From positions 118,860-182,859 of the IMG/VR virus record IMGVR_UViG_3300042013_000056: 64,000 nucleotides of DNA. One strand, written 5' to 3'. Source of the stretch: a virus. The notes under the pieces are model-generated. The model had not been told where the DNA came from. It was given only the letters and a program-made list of their open reading frames with translations, and ran no database searches. The position numbers were made by a program, and so were the translations under genes. Shown in pieces: positions 22,376 to 30,722 of the stretch. Position 1 is the stretch's first letter; each line of letters begins with the position of its first letter.

Positions 22376-22685
22376 CGCTGGTGTGTTATGACACCAAATG
22401 CTCTACGGGTCTTGCATGGCGTTAATGGAACGGTATCTGTACTTGCCAGCCTTTTCAGCCCTTATCCGTTTCGGACTGCCATTTTAAGTCGAGGCTTCGC
22501 CCTCTAACATAAGACCCAGATCATCTGCATGCACGGATGTCTATTAGTCTATTACCATACAAATTGCACTTGTTCTTCCCCGGTGGATATACGGATTCAG
22601 CTAGGATCGCCTACACACGTTTAAACTTCTGACGGTTCCACTCGCAACTCATTAAAGATGGCTACCTTTAAGCCAACTTCCAGCG
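22376..22685 (-). ncRNA. 23S rRNA GTPase-centre mimic, copy B, with a larger inserted domain
   Basis: CGCTGG/CCAGCG stem enclosing AAGTTGGCTTAAAGGTAGCCATCTTTAATGAGT and GTGTCATAAC (compensatory change versus copy A). Confidence 0.8.
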
Positions 22686-22689
22686 TTTG

Positions 22690-22842
22690 TTACTCTGCCA
22701 AATCTGACAGTTTAATAGTCGAAGCGTACTTTATAACGATTTCAATTTCGTTAAGTTCCAATTCTTCTTCGAGCATTTCCATTGACACAAAACCCGTAGC
22801 GTAACCACGGGCAAGTGATTTCAATTCTTCGTTGCTGATCAA
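22690..22842 (-). CDS. Hypothetical 50-aa acidic protein
   Basis: TTG start overlapping the upstream stop; MISNEELKSLARG... Confidence 0.45.
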   Translation of the reverse strand: MISNEELKSLARGYATGFVSMEMLEEELELNEIEIVIKYASTIKLSDLAE

Positions 22843-23294
22843 CTCTCAACCTCTTGACTTCCCCACACCAATGCGTGGTTATCCCAAAAATGTTTCGCCT
22901 GCATGTATTCATCTGGTGTACGAATCGATTTATCAAACAGTTCTTTTTCGGCAACTTTGCCAATGAAACTAGTCAACAGTTTGAACCGACGACCAACACG
23001 CTTCATGATCACTGTTACATGACTTGAAGGTTGTTGTGTTCGGTTCAGAACAAATCGAGTCTTACCCGGACGACCCGGACGCTTGGCATACACAATGTCG
23101 TCGTAGGCTGTAGTTTCCACGCAATCAGTTACTCCAATGATCCGGCCCATGTCAATTGCCGTTTTAACAAAAACCTGATCTTCAAGGACCATAGTTGGAA
23201 TAATCTGTTTCAGGAAAGGCATGACCGATTCATGCATTTTCATGTGTTCACGGTCAATGTCTACTACGATGCCATCGGCGGTCTTGATATGCAT
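22839..23294 (-). CDS. Hypothetical protein
   Basis: 151 aa, typical phage composition. Confidence 0.65.
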   Translation of the reverse strand: MHIKTADGIVVDIDREHMKMHESVMPFLKQIIPTMVLEDQVFVKTAIDMGRIIGVTDCVETTAYDDIVYAKRPGRPGKTRFVLNRTQQPSSHVTVIMKRVGRRFKLLTSFIGKVAEKELFDKSIRTPDEYMQAKHFWDNHALVWGSQEVES

Positions 23295-23337
23295 AAATCA
23301 CCATGTGTTCTGTTTGATGGAACACATGGTAATGTAT

Positions 23338-23835
23338 TTAGGCGTTTGCTGCAAGACGTTTGTGAACACCCTTACGGGCTTTCAATGTGTCCCGGTCTGC
23401 AACCGTTGAACCACACCACGCATCTGGTTTCAGCTTCGGTTTGAAACCGAATGTACCCAGAACATAACCAACCGCTTCCTTGACGGCGACGTTTGATTTG
23501 TGCTGTGGGTCTGGGTTCAAATCCAAATGAATTTCGAATGGTCTGCCTTCAAGGTGTTCAACGATTTTGTACGCAACATCAATTGCTTTGTACACTTCGT
23601 TCATCAGACGACCTTTGATATTTCCATACCAAGGTTCGATACTGATTTCCTTGTAGATTTTCCCACCCTTATTTCCATCATAGTGCAAGACAATAACAGT
23701 AACATAAACCACTTTGCCTTTGACTCGTTTGGAATCTGCACCGACATAAACCTTGGTGGTCATAGACGATTCTTGAATCGCCTTGATCACATCAGGGATG
23801 TCCATTGCCTGTACGACTGTGCTTACGTTACTCAT
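23338..23835 (-). CDS. YkuK/DUF458-family RNase H-like protein
   Basis: VYVGADS...YVTVIVLH...RLMNEV...EIHLDLN motifs. Confidence 0.8.
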   Translation of the reverse strand: MSNVSTVVQAMDIPDVIKAIQESSMTTKVYVGADSKRVKGKVVYVTVIVLHYDGNKGGKIYKEISIEPWYGNIKGRLMNEVYKAIDVAYKIVEHLEGRPFEIHLDLNPDPQHKSNVAVKEAVGYVLGTFGFKPKLKPDAWCGSTVADRDTLKARKGVHKRLAANA

Positions 23836-24004
23836 TACTTTTTCCTTAACCTAGATGGTTTCTACGCTATTCGGCTTCATTTTTGTTGCTCCGATTGATA
23901 AATTAGTCGGAACGGTCCTTTTATTATGGTGCCTCACGTTCCAATCGGCACCCGGCCAAAGCCTACTGCCATCATCAAATCCGGTGCAGTCGCCGCTTAG
24001 GGGT

Positions 24005-24175
24005 TTAAACCCCTAAAGAAATCCACCCGAGTTGAGCTGCTGCATAGATCGCAACAAAACAACCAGAGAAGAAAGGGAATGCTTTCAGCATCAATTTGTC
24101 GATTAAACCATTTGTATCAACGGTGAATGCCACAATAACCCACAAAACGCCAACAATAAACATTGCCATCAACAT
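24005..24175 (-). CDS. Small two-TM membrane protein
   Basis: 56 aa, two hydrophobic segments, TAATG overlap with the dNMP kinase stop. Confidence 0.55.
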   Translation of the reverse strand: MLMAMFIVGVLWVIVAFTVDTNGLIDKLMLKAFPFFSGCFVAIYAAAQLGWISLGV

Positions 24176-24825
24176 TAGATATCAACCTGTTCCAGAACAG
24201 AATCGAGCTTATGGAAGAATTCCAGCAGCGTTCCGTTGTTTTCAACGACGAAATCCCCGTTTTCAACGGGTAAACCTTGTTCTGTTATATGGTCGTCAGT
24301 CAAGCCGGTTTCCCGAAGAATATGGATGACGGAACCACCACGTTCACGAACAAATTCGATTTCATGTGTTTGTCTGCAATCGACCATGACAACGGTATCA
24401 TAGACTTCTTCGAGACTAAACATTGCTTTCTCAAATTCTTTGAGCCAGATATTTGTATCAATCTGATTGACGCCTACGTCAGTGCCTACAACCTGCATGA
24501 TTCTGCGAATGGTCCAACCGTTATTGTCGTCTACAACCGACCAATCGATATCCAATTCATCCATACGGTAACCGAAGTCTTCGTAGATGCTTTCAACCCG
24601 TTCAATGAAGTCTGAACGTTCGATATAAATCATGAAACTGTTGCGATCAACACCATAGCCGAACACATCGTCTCTGGTCAGGAAATCGGAAAAATGTGTT
24701 GCGATTGATTCTTTGAAGCATGCAGCCAGTGCATACGAGGTTGAACCGGATAGTTTATCCAAGATATATTGTGCGGCTGTATCTTTGCCACATCTGGCTT
24801 TAGCTGATAATGTAATAATATTCAT
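24175..24825 (-). CDS. gp1: Deoxynucleoside monophosphate kinase
   Basis: P-loop-like SAKARCGKDT; RRIMQVVGTD; VDCRQTHEIEF. Confidence 0.88.
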   Translation of the reverse strand: MNIITLSAKARCGKDTAAQYILDKLSGSTSYALAACFKESIATHFSDFLTRDDVFGYGVDRNSFMIYIERSDFIERVESIYEDFGYRMDELDIDWSVVDDNNGWTIRRIMQVVGTDVGVNQIDTNIWLKEFEKAMFSLEEVYDTVVMVDCRQTHEIEFVRERGGSVIHILRETGLTDDHITEQGLPVENGDFVVENNGTLLEFFHKLDSVLEQVDI

Positions 24826-24850
24826 ATTGCTTTGTAACTCCTATTGGTCC

Positions 24851-24883
24851 AGTATAACAGTCCAACAGGTTTGATTAAACATT
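24851..24883 (-). promoter_or_regulatory. Early/middle-type promoter
   Basis: AATGTTTAA-N18-TATACT. Confidence 0.75.
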
Positions 24884-25567
24884 GGATCAAACTCAGACCA
24901 GATAGCGAAGCTGCTTTGAACGCAGTGAAAAGCCCAATCATGATTTTAGAATCATTTAAAAGCTTTTAGTCGGTTCTAATCATCAACTCACTTCGTTCGT
25001 TGATTCGCTTCGCTCAAATCTTTATTGATTTTTTATCGTTCTTCTAAAAGGTTTAGATAGAATTCACCCATTAAAGGCAAATTCCAGAAACAGTTTTACA
25101 AAAATAGTTTCAATTGAAATACGCTAGTCGCACCTGCAAGGTGGGTGAGGGTCATACTGTTCACACTTTAAACGACTGTTCTTTGGCGGAAGGAAAATGT
25201 ACCCAGCGTATCGAGCGTTCAAAATCCTTGGTGTTGGTTCTGTTTCATTCCAGCGGCACCATCCTATCATATTCATTTGTATCATTCCCTAGAGTGCCGA
25301 TAGAGGTTGCCCGATTCATTTGGTTATGACTTACCCTAGAACCGTTTGATGCAACAATATCGGATAGCATGGACGCCACTCAGTGAAGGTGGGGATTTTG
25401 CTATTCGGCTTGTAATAAAACGCAGGCGAACGAACGCCTTGACCTTACGGCCCAAAATTATTTTTGATTTTAATTAGAATGGTATCGAGAATTGGTCTGG
25501 TACGAGCATTGGGGCCGCCACGCCCCACGTCGCCTACCGGTCAGGTAGGTAATAGAATTTATCAATC

Positions 25568-25600
25568 AATGTAGCACGGGATGGCTACGGAATAAACATT
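25568..25600 (-). promoter_or_regulatory. Early/middle-type promoter firing into a ~670-nt non-coding region
   Basis: AATGTTTAT-N18-TACATT. Confidence 0.7.
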
Positions 25601-25604
25601 TGGA

Positions 25605-26126
25605 TCAAATCGTCACACCGGCCCCAATTTCAAGGTCGTATGTGTCATACACAAAGGTCACGTCACATGACAAAACCTGTGGGCCAGACACGGTGGTATC
25701 GAACTGAATACCCCCTAATCTTACAGGATACAGCCTACGGAAAGTAAACACTTTCCCCATGCTTGAGTGATTATTTGTCAAAATGTGGATCGATGCGGTG
25801 CTTTCAGCTTGGCCGTATAGATTGGTTGGCTGCGGCTTGTAGCCGTCTACCAGTTCCTTGATCCACACATAAATTTCTTGCCAAGCTTCGATGTTTTCAT
25901 CCATCAAGAACCGAACCGTCAGTTTTTCAAAGATCAATGCGGTTCCGGGTAGTTCCCATGACCCGATCTTTGGTGACGATGTTGCCTTGGCTGTACTTAT
26001 ACTTATGTCAGGTAAATCGAAGATTTGGCAGTTCCAGTTGAAAATTTTGGTATCAGGTTTATGCAGCACGAACTTATGGTTCGTGCTTGACATAGTGTTC
26101 TGAATCATGTTGGGTCTTTCGTCCAC
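25605..26126 (-). CDS. gp3: Tail tube terminator / tail completion protein
   Basis: LPDISI...LPGTALIFEKLTVRFLMDEN...EIYVWI, gp3/gp19 tube-family pattern. Confidence 0.8.
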   Translation of the reverse strand: MDERPNMIQNTMSSTNHKFVLHKPDTKIFNWNCQIFDLPDISISTAKATSSPKIGSWELPGTALIFEKLTVRFLMDENIEAWQEIYVWIKELVDGYKPQPTNLYGQAESTASIHILTNNHSSMGKVFTFRRLYPVRLGGIQFDTTVSGPQVLSCDVTFVYDTYDLEIGAGVTI

Positions 26127-26127
26127 A

Positions 26128-27888
26128 TCAATCTCCTAGATTACGTGATTTGCTCACACCACCGGCAGGATCAGCCGATAACGGTTGTGGCACAACGGTT
26201 TGATTATTGTTGTTGACTTGCGAGTTTTGTTGAATGGCTGCTTGTCGTGTTGCTTTCTTGGCTTCTGCTTCGGCTTTCGCATCTTCCAACCCGGCTGATG
26301 CTGGAATCAAATCTTGCCCCGGCAATGCTGGTTGTGCTTGATCCAATTGCCAGTTCTGCATCAGTTGCGCCATTTCTTCTTTCGATTTGGCTCCAACAGA
26401 AGTGCCGAACATGCCACCAGTTAAACCACGGTTTGCAAATACAGAAGGGTCCATTCCCGGAAGGGTGTGGTTCTTACGCACATGATCTTCTGTTGCTGGG
26501 TCCAATTGTCCTAGGCCAGATTGTTGTGCCAGTTCCTGTGCGTAATTAACATACGCTTCGTCGTCTCTGGTTTTAACTCTAGCAATTGCATCAGGATCGC
26601 CCATCTTCGCCAATACGTTATCGAATACATCGAATATTTTGAACATGAAGTTTTCGAAAGTTTTGTTACCTTCAAGGTACTTGTTCAGTTCTTCACCAAT
26701 CGCTTGGCCAATTTCAAATGCACCATAAGCCGCTGCACCAACTAAACCACCCTTGACCATCTTCCCACCCATGGCACCAGCCAAACCACCAGCCGCACCG
26801 CCGAGCATCTTACCAAAGCCACCCATCAGGTTTGTAAGCAACCCCAGAATACCAATGAACTTGGTTTCTTCTTGGGACTCATATTGTTTCTTCTGAACTT
26901 TCAACTGTTCTTTTTCGATATCAATTTCTTTCAATCGATCACCAGCCGCTTTTTTCAGCAAAGCCTCAATACGACCAGCCGAGCCATTAGCTCTAGCCAT
27001 ATGCCATTTGATGTTTGCAACGTCTTTGAACAATATATCAAAGTCCGGCATCTTACCGATACCGTTATCCGCCAATAGCTTTTCAATACGACCAGCCGAG
27101 CCATTAGCTCTAGCCATATGCCATTTGATGTTGCCGATGTCTTTACCAACAGTTTTGCCGGATGACGCCTGAATTTTTTCTACTGTAGCTGCGGTTTCTT
27201 GTGAAAAGAACTCGATTGCGTGTAGATACTCAAGTGCTTGTTCGTCGCGGATTCTATTCGGCCCTTGTTCACCCAATTTTTCAACTACGTCGTTAATCTT
27301 TACAACGATTTCATCAAACGTCTGGATAGCCGGTGTCAACGAGATTGCAGCCGCTTCAAGTTTCTCTGCTGCGTTTGATAGTTTGATTACAGCCGCACTG
27401 GATGCACCAGAACCACCGACACCGCGTGTGCGACTACCCGGTTTAGGGTTGGCTGCATCGATTTCCGATTGTTCTTTTTTCTTACGGGCTTCTTCGTACT
27501 GTTCCATCAGCTTGTGTTCAACTTTACGCTGACGGGTCAATTCTCTTTGGTAGTTCTTCTTGTCTTTCAGCGTAGCTGCGGCTTCTTGACCAATTGCACG
27601 GAAGATGGCACCAACAATTGGGATACCCCCAATCGCGTTGCCGATCCCGCCCATAACAGCCCCTCCGGCCCGCTTGGCGACACGCCCGGAAAACCCACCC
27701 GGACGTTTCATCATTGCCTTACGATTGGCTTTAGAATCGCGGATAATCAACTTATCCGCTTTTGTTGCTAACTTGTTCGACAGAGTTCTTTGTTTCTCTG
27801 ACTTTGTAAATTCTTCCAATAGTTTTTGATTTGGCTCACGAATTCGAGTCGCCAAATCTTCTAGGAAGTCATAATCATTATTGGGCAT
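26128..27888 (-). CDS. Tape-measure / baseplate hub protein (gp29-like)
   Basis: 586 aa, helical, Gly/Ala-rich hydrophobic segments; downstream of gp26/gp51. Confidence 0.6.
   Translation of the reverse strand: MPNNDYDFLEDLATRIREPNQKLLEEFTKSEKQRTLSNKLATKADKLIIRDSKANRKAMMKRPGGFSGRVAKRAGGAVMGGIGNAIGGIPIVGAIFRAIGQEAAATLKDKKNYQRELTRQRKVEHKLMEQYEEARKKKEQSEIDAANPKPGSRTRGVGGSGASSAAVIKLSNAAEKLEAAAISLTPAIQTFDEIVVKINDVVEKLGEQGPNRIRDEQALEYLHAIEFFSQETAATVEKIQASSGKTVGKDIGNIKWHMARANGSAGRIEKLLADNGIGKMPDFDILFKDVANIKWHMARANGSAGRIEALLKKAAGDRLKEIDIEKEQLKVQKKQYESQEETKFIGILGLLTNLMGGFGKMLGGAAGGLAGAMGGKMVKGGLVGAAAYGAFEIGQAIGEELNKYLEGNKTFENFMFKIFDVFDNVLAKMGDPDAIARVKTRDDEAYVNYAQELAQQSGLGQLDPATEDHVRKNHTLPGMDPSVFANRGLTGGMFGTSVGAKSKEEMAQLMQNWQLDQAQPALPGQDLIPASAGLEDAKAEAEAKKATRQAAIQQNSQVNNNNQTVVPQPLSADPAGGVSKSRNLGD
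26966..27132. repeat. Exact 50-bp direct repeat (26966-27015 and 27083-27132), 117-bp period
   Basis: Encodes NIKWHMARANGSAGRIE twice. Confidence 0.9.
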
Positions 27889-28066
27889 TTCTTCTATCCT
27901 GCTTATGCTTTTCTTCCTGCAACCAATTCATCAGCAACGCCAATTCAATTTTGCGTTCCCATGGATACATGAGTTCAAGTTCAGTTATGGAATATTGGTG
28001 ATATTTGTGCAGACCGAAGTTTGTCTTCATGTAATTTGCAAGAGTCTCATCGGCCTGCGTGATTAG
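27878..28066 (-). CDS. gp51: gp51-like baseplate hub assembly protein (probable -1 frameshift extension of gp26)
   Basis: LANYMKTNFGLHKYHQYSITELELMYPWERKIELALL in the -1 frame, open from the T-TTT-TTC run; the first ATG (28030) lies inside the conserved region. Confidence 0.7.
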   Translation of the reverse strand, partial: LITQADETLANYMKTNFGLHKYHQYSITELELMYPWERKIELALLMNWLQEEKHKQDRRNAQ

Positions 28067-28860
28067 AAAAAATCTTCTAACCCACGCAGTTTAAGTTCAG
28101 CCTCGTTGCCACAGGTCTTGCATTTAAATTCAACATTCGCGGTAATGGTTGGTGCTTCGTTGAAGAACTCAGTGATTTTCTCAAACACTTCGCCCGACAT
28201 GTATTCCAAGAACTCAACTGCATCATCAACGTCATAATCTTCACCGGCTGCAAGCATGGTGCCGTTTTTCTTGTAGATCGCTTGCAAACACTTGGCGTAG
28301 ATTTGAAACGCTGCATCAATGTTGTCACTTGCCAAAGATGATTCAATTTTGGTCATTTGATCAAACGATGGGTATGTAAAAATCATCTTGTCGATGGTTT
28401 CACTGTTAACTGTAATCACACCATCTTTGATATCAGCAACTGGAATTTTCGCAGTTGACAGATCGATCTTGACTTTGTTGATATCGTTACATAGAACTGG
28501 GTTACCATGTTCATCGATAATGTCTTGACCGGTTTCATCTTTCTTATGGGCTTTACATTGGTAATGCGCAAATGATGATTTAGACGCAGACGAGTTCATG
28601 AACAGTTGTACGAACATGTATTCAACGTCAAAACTTGGTAGAGTTGAGATATCGAGGTCGTCTTTTACACAGTTTTGAATCAGTTGTGTTACTGCGTTGA
28701 TAATAGCTTCACCCGAATCATTCTCGGCTTCTTTTGCCATCAGCAACAGTTTTTGTTCCTTGACCAAGAAAGACCGTACTTTGACGGTCTTCCCTTTGCT
28801 TGGAATCAGACATTTGAATTGTGGTGCGGAGCTAACCGCTAATTCCTGCAACTTACCCAT
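28063..28860 (-). CDS. gp26: Baseplate hub assembly chaperone
   Basis: Start trimmed to ATG 28860; VRSFLVKEQKLLL, LPSFDVEY, CxxC, C-terminal LRGLEDFF. Confidence 0.85.
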   Translation of the reverse strand: MGKLQELAVSSAPQFKCLIPSKGKTVKVRSFLVKEQKLLLMAKEAENDSGEAIINAVTQLIQNCVKDDLDISTLPSFDVEYMFVQLFMNSSASKSSFAHYQCKAHKKDETGQDIIDEHGNPVLCNDINKVKIDLSTAKIPVADIKDGVITVNSETIDKMIFTYPSFDQMTKIESSLASDNIDAAFQIYAKCLQAIYKKNGTMLAAGEDYDVDDAVEFLEYMSGEVFEKITEFFNEAPTITANVEFKCKTCGNEAELKLRGLEDFF

Positions 28861-28873
28861 TAATATAATCTCA

Positions 28874-29659
28874 TTAGTTACGTGCGGTACTGATAAGTCG
28901 TTTGCCAACTTCGTACCAGTGTTTAGCTTCTGTGAACACGTTGTTATCGCTGCTATCATCGTCAGTCGATTCTTTGGTCACAGCTCTCTTGAATTTGAAT
29001 GTTACGTCAAAAGTTGCAAGTTCATTGTTTGTATCATAACTCAACACCAACTCCGAAACTTTAATCGGGAAGGCTTCTGCGATTTCACAGATGCTGGTTT
29101 GATTACCCTGACGGTTGTAGTACCTGACAAGAATGTTTGCAACATAGCTGTCATAGAACCCAAATTTGTTGTTGTCCATATTGTTGGCTTTGTTCATCCA
29201 GTCCAAGAAGAACTGACGTTCCTTTTGTGAAGGTGTCATGATGAACGTACAAACGAATGGTTCGAACTCACTACCGGTTACGATAGCGTGAGACACTTGG
29301 TCTTGAACGGTATCTGTGGTTTGTAATGTACGTCCGGGAACGCCTACAGCTTTAACATACATACCCAAATCGTATGGATACTGTAGGTATTTATCAAGCA
29401 TACTCCCCAGCCCAACAGCCCGAAGAATTTCCGGGGAGAAAAAGCCCGTCAAATGACGCGCCGGTTCTACGCGGGACAAAACTTCTTTCGTCACCGCGTC
29501 GGTTACTGATCTAAAGAGACTTGACCCAAAAAGCCCACCGGATTTGGAACCTGTATTTGATGTGCCGATCTTCTGTGGGAATTCGACCTTGAACAAGTTT
29601 GTTCGCCCAAGGTCTTCTTTCAACACAGCCGCTCGAAACTTGTCGATGTCGATTGTCAT
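28874..29659 (-). CDS. gp54: Baseplate-tail tube initiator
   Basis: Start trimmed to ATG 29659; DLGRTNLFKVEF, YVKAVGVPG, AFPIKV tube-family motifs. Confidence 0.8.
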   Translation of the reverse strand: MTIDIDKFRAAVLKEDLGRTNLFKVEFPQKIGTSNTGSKSGGLFGSSLFRSVTDAVTKEVLSRVEPARHLTGFFSPEILRAVGLGSMLDKYLQYPYDLGMYVKAVGVPGRTLQTTDTVQDQVSHAIVTGSEFEPFVCTFIMTPSQKERQFFLDWMNKANNMDNNKFGFYDSYVANILVRYYNRQGNQTSICEIAEAFPIKVSELVLSYDTNNELATFDVTFKFKRAVTKESTDDDSSDNNVFTEAKHWYEVGKRLISTARN

Positions 29660-30261
29660 TAGTGTGTTTTTCCATCTGCCCAGACTTTTCGAGCGGAGTA
29701 ACGCTTGCCTTCTTTGTCGAGGAATTGTTGTGTTGGTAGATAAATTGTGTTCGCCCATTGTGTCGGACTGATTTCGATCATCTTCCCTTTTACACGGGAT
29801 CGAATGTACAACTTGATCATCTTGTCTGCACCCGGATATTTCTTAACCGCTGCCCAGTTGATTTTAAACTTGGCTCTAGGGCCAATAGTCTTCTGGTTCA
29901 ACAGGCTTGGATTAGCCGCTAGAAGCTTCTCCAAGAACATCTGGCGCATTTTTGGTGCGATGTAGTGTAGGTTTAAACCTAATTGGTATTCAGCGTTCAC
30001 ATCGAGGATCACGACCAATGGGAACTTGTCCCAATATGGCAGAGTCTTTTTGTATTTCGCATCATACACATAGGTATACATTTTCCCGACTTCTGGTTTA
30101 GCACCAACTTTCATCAGGGGGATATTTCTCACGGTCGCGTCAAACCATTTAACGCTCTTGTTGTTCTTTTGAGCGTTTGGCATTGGTGCCATTGCGGTCA
30201 TTTGAGCCCGGAATTGTTCCACCAATGTTGGTTCTTTGCGTATTCTTTGCTTAACGGGCAT
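29659..30261 (-). CDS. gp2: DNA end protector
   Basis: YDAKYKKTLPYWDKFPLV...GLNLHY. Confidence 0.9.
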   Translation of the reverse strand: MPVKQRIRKEPTLVEQFRAQMTAMAPMPNAQKNNKSVKWFDATVRNIPLMKVGAKPEVGKMYTYVYDAKYKKTLPYWDKFPLVVILDVNAEYQLGLNLHYIAPKMRQMFLEKLLAANPSLLNQKTIGPRAKFKINWAAVKKYPGADKMIKLYIRSRVKGKMIEISPTQWANTIYLPTQQFLDKEGKRYSARKVWADGKTH

Positions 30262-30712
30262 GGATCATTCCGTATTTGACTAACGCTTTTTCGGTAAGGA
30301 CTTTGAAAATCCAGCCACGTTCTTTGGCGAACTTGTCAGCGGCATCCCATTTAGCCCGGTTCTTTTGGTAAGTGAACATTGCTTCTCTGAACCGAACTTT
30401 TGTTGCTGGAGTTAGACGTTTCGGTTCTTTTGGAAGTTGTGTTTCATCGTAGGGTTTAATTTCCCACAGATATGTAATTCCATTTTCAAGTTCGACATAG
30501 AAGTCAATGAAGTATCGGTGTGTTCTTTGGTCATTTGGATCGCGATATGGAACAACAATTTCTTCGGAACTCCATTTCTTGACATTTGGTGTGTAGTCGC
30601 AATATTTCATTACGGCTAATTCCCAAGAACTGCGATAGGTGATTTTCTCTACGTTCCCCTTGTACTTGTGCTTATTGTGAGGCACGTAACCACCTCTATA
30701 TGTTCCTGCCAT
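30251..30712 (-). CDS. gp4: Head completion nuclease
   Basis: YKGN...YRSSWE...WSSEE...HRYFIDF...EIKP. Confidence 0.92.
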   Translation of the reverse strand: MAGTYRGGYVPHNKHKYKGNVEKITYRSSWELAVMKYCDYTPNVKKWSSEEIVVPYRDPNDQRTHRYFIDFYVELENGITYLWEIKPYDETQLPKEPKRLTPATKVRFREAMFTYQKNRAKWDAADKFAKERGWIFKVLTEKALVKYGMIHAR

Positions 30713-30722
30713 ATATCAACCT

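Noticed and set aside
22160-22685. Real 23S rRNA gene fragment or host contamination
   Set aside because: Similarity is limited to the H43/H44 core, is duplicated, is split by inserts, has non-rRNA closing helices, and is embedded between phage-type genes.
9100-22700. tmRNA or RNase P RNA in the array
   Set aside because: No element has Ala-type G3:U70 ends with a tag frame, and I saw no RNase P P4 consensus.
22751-22963. 70-aa tracked ORF
   Set aside because: Overlaps 22839-23294; a coupled 50-aa ORF in another frame (22690-22842) fits better.
23990-24020. Pistol ribozyme (TTAGGG...CCCTAAGCG words)
   Set aside because: The two words form a simple local hairpin, partly within a CDS; the P1 and P3 context is missing.
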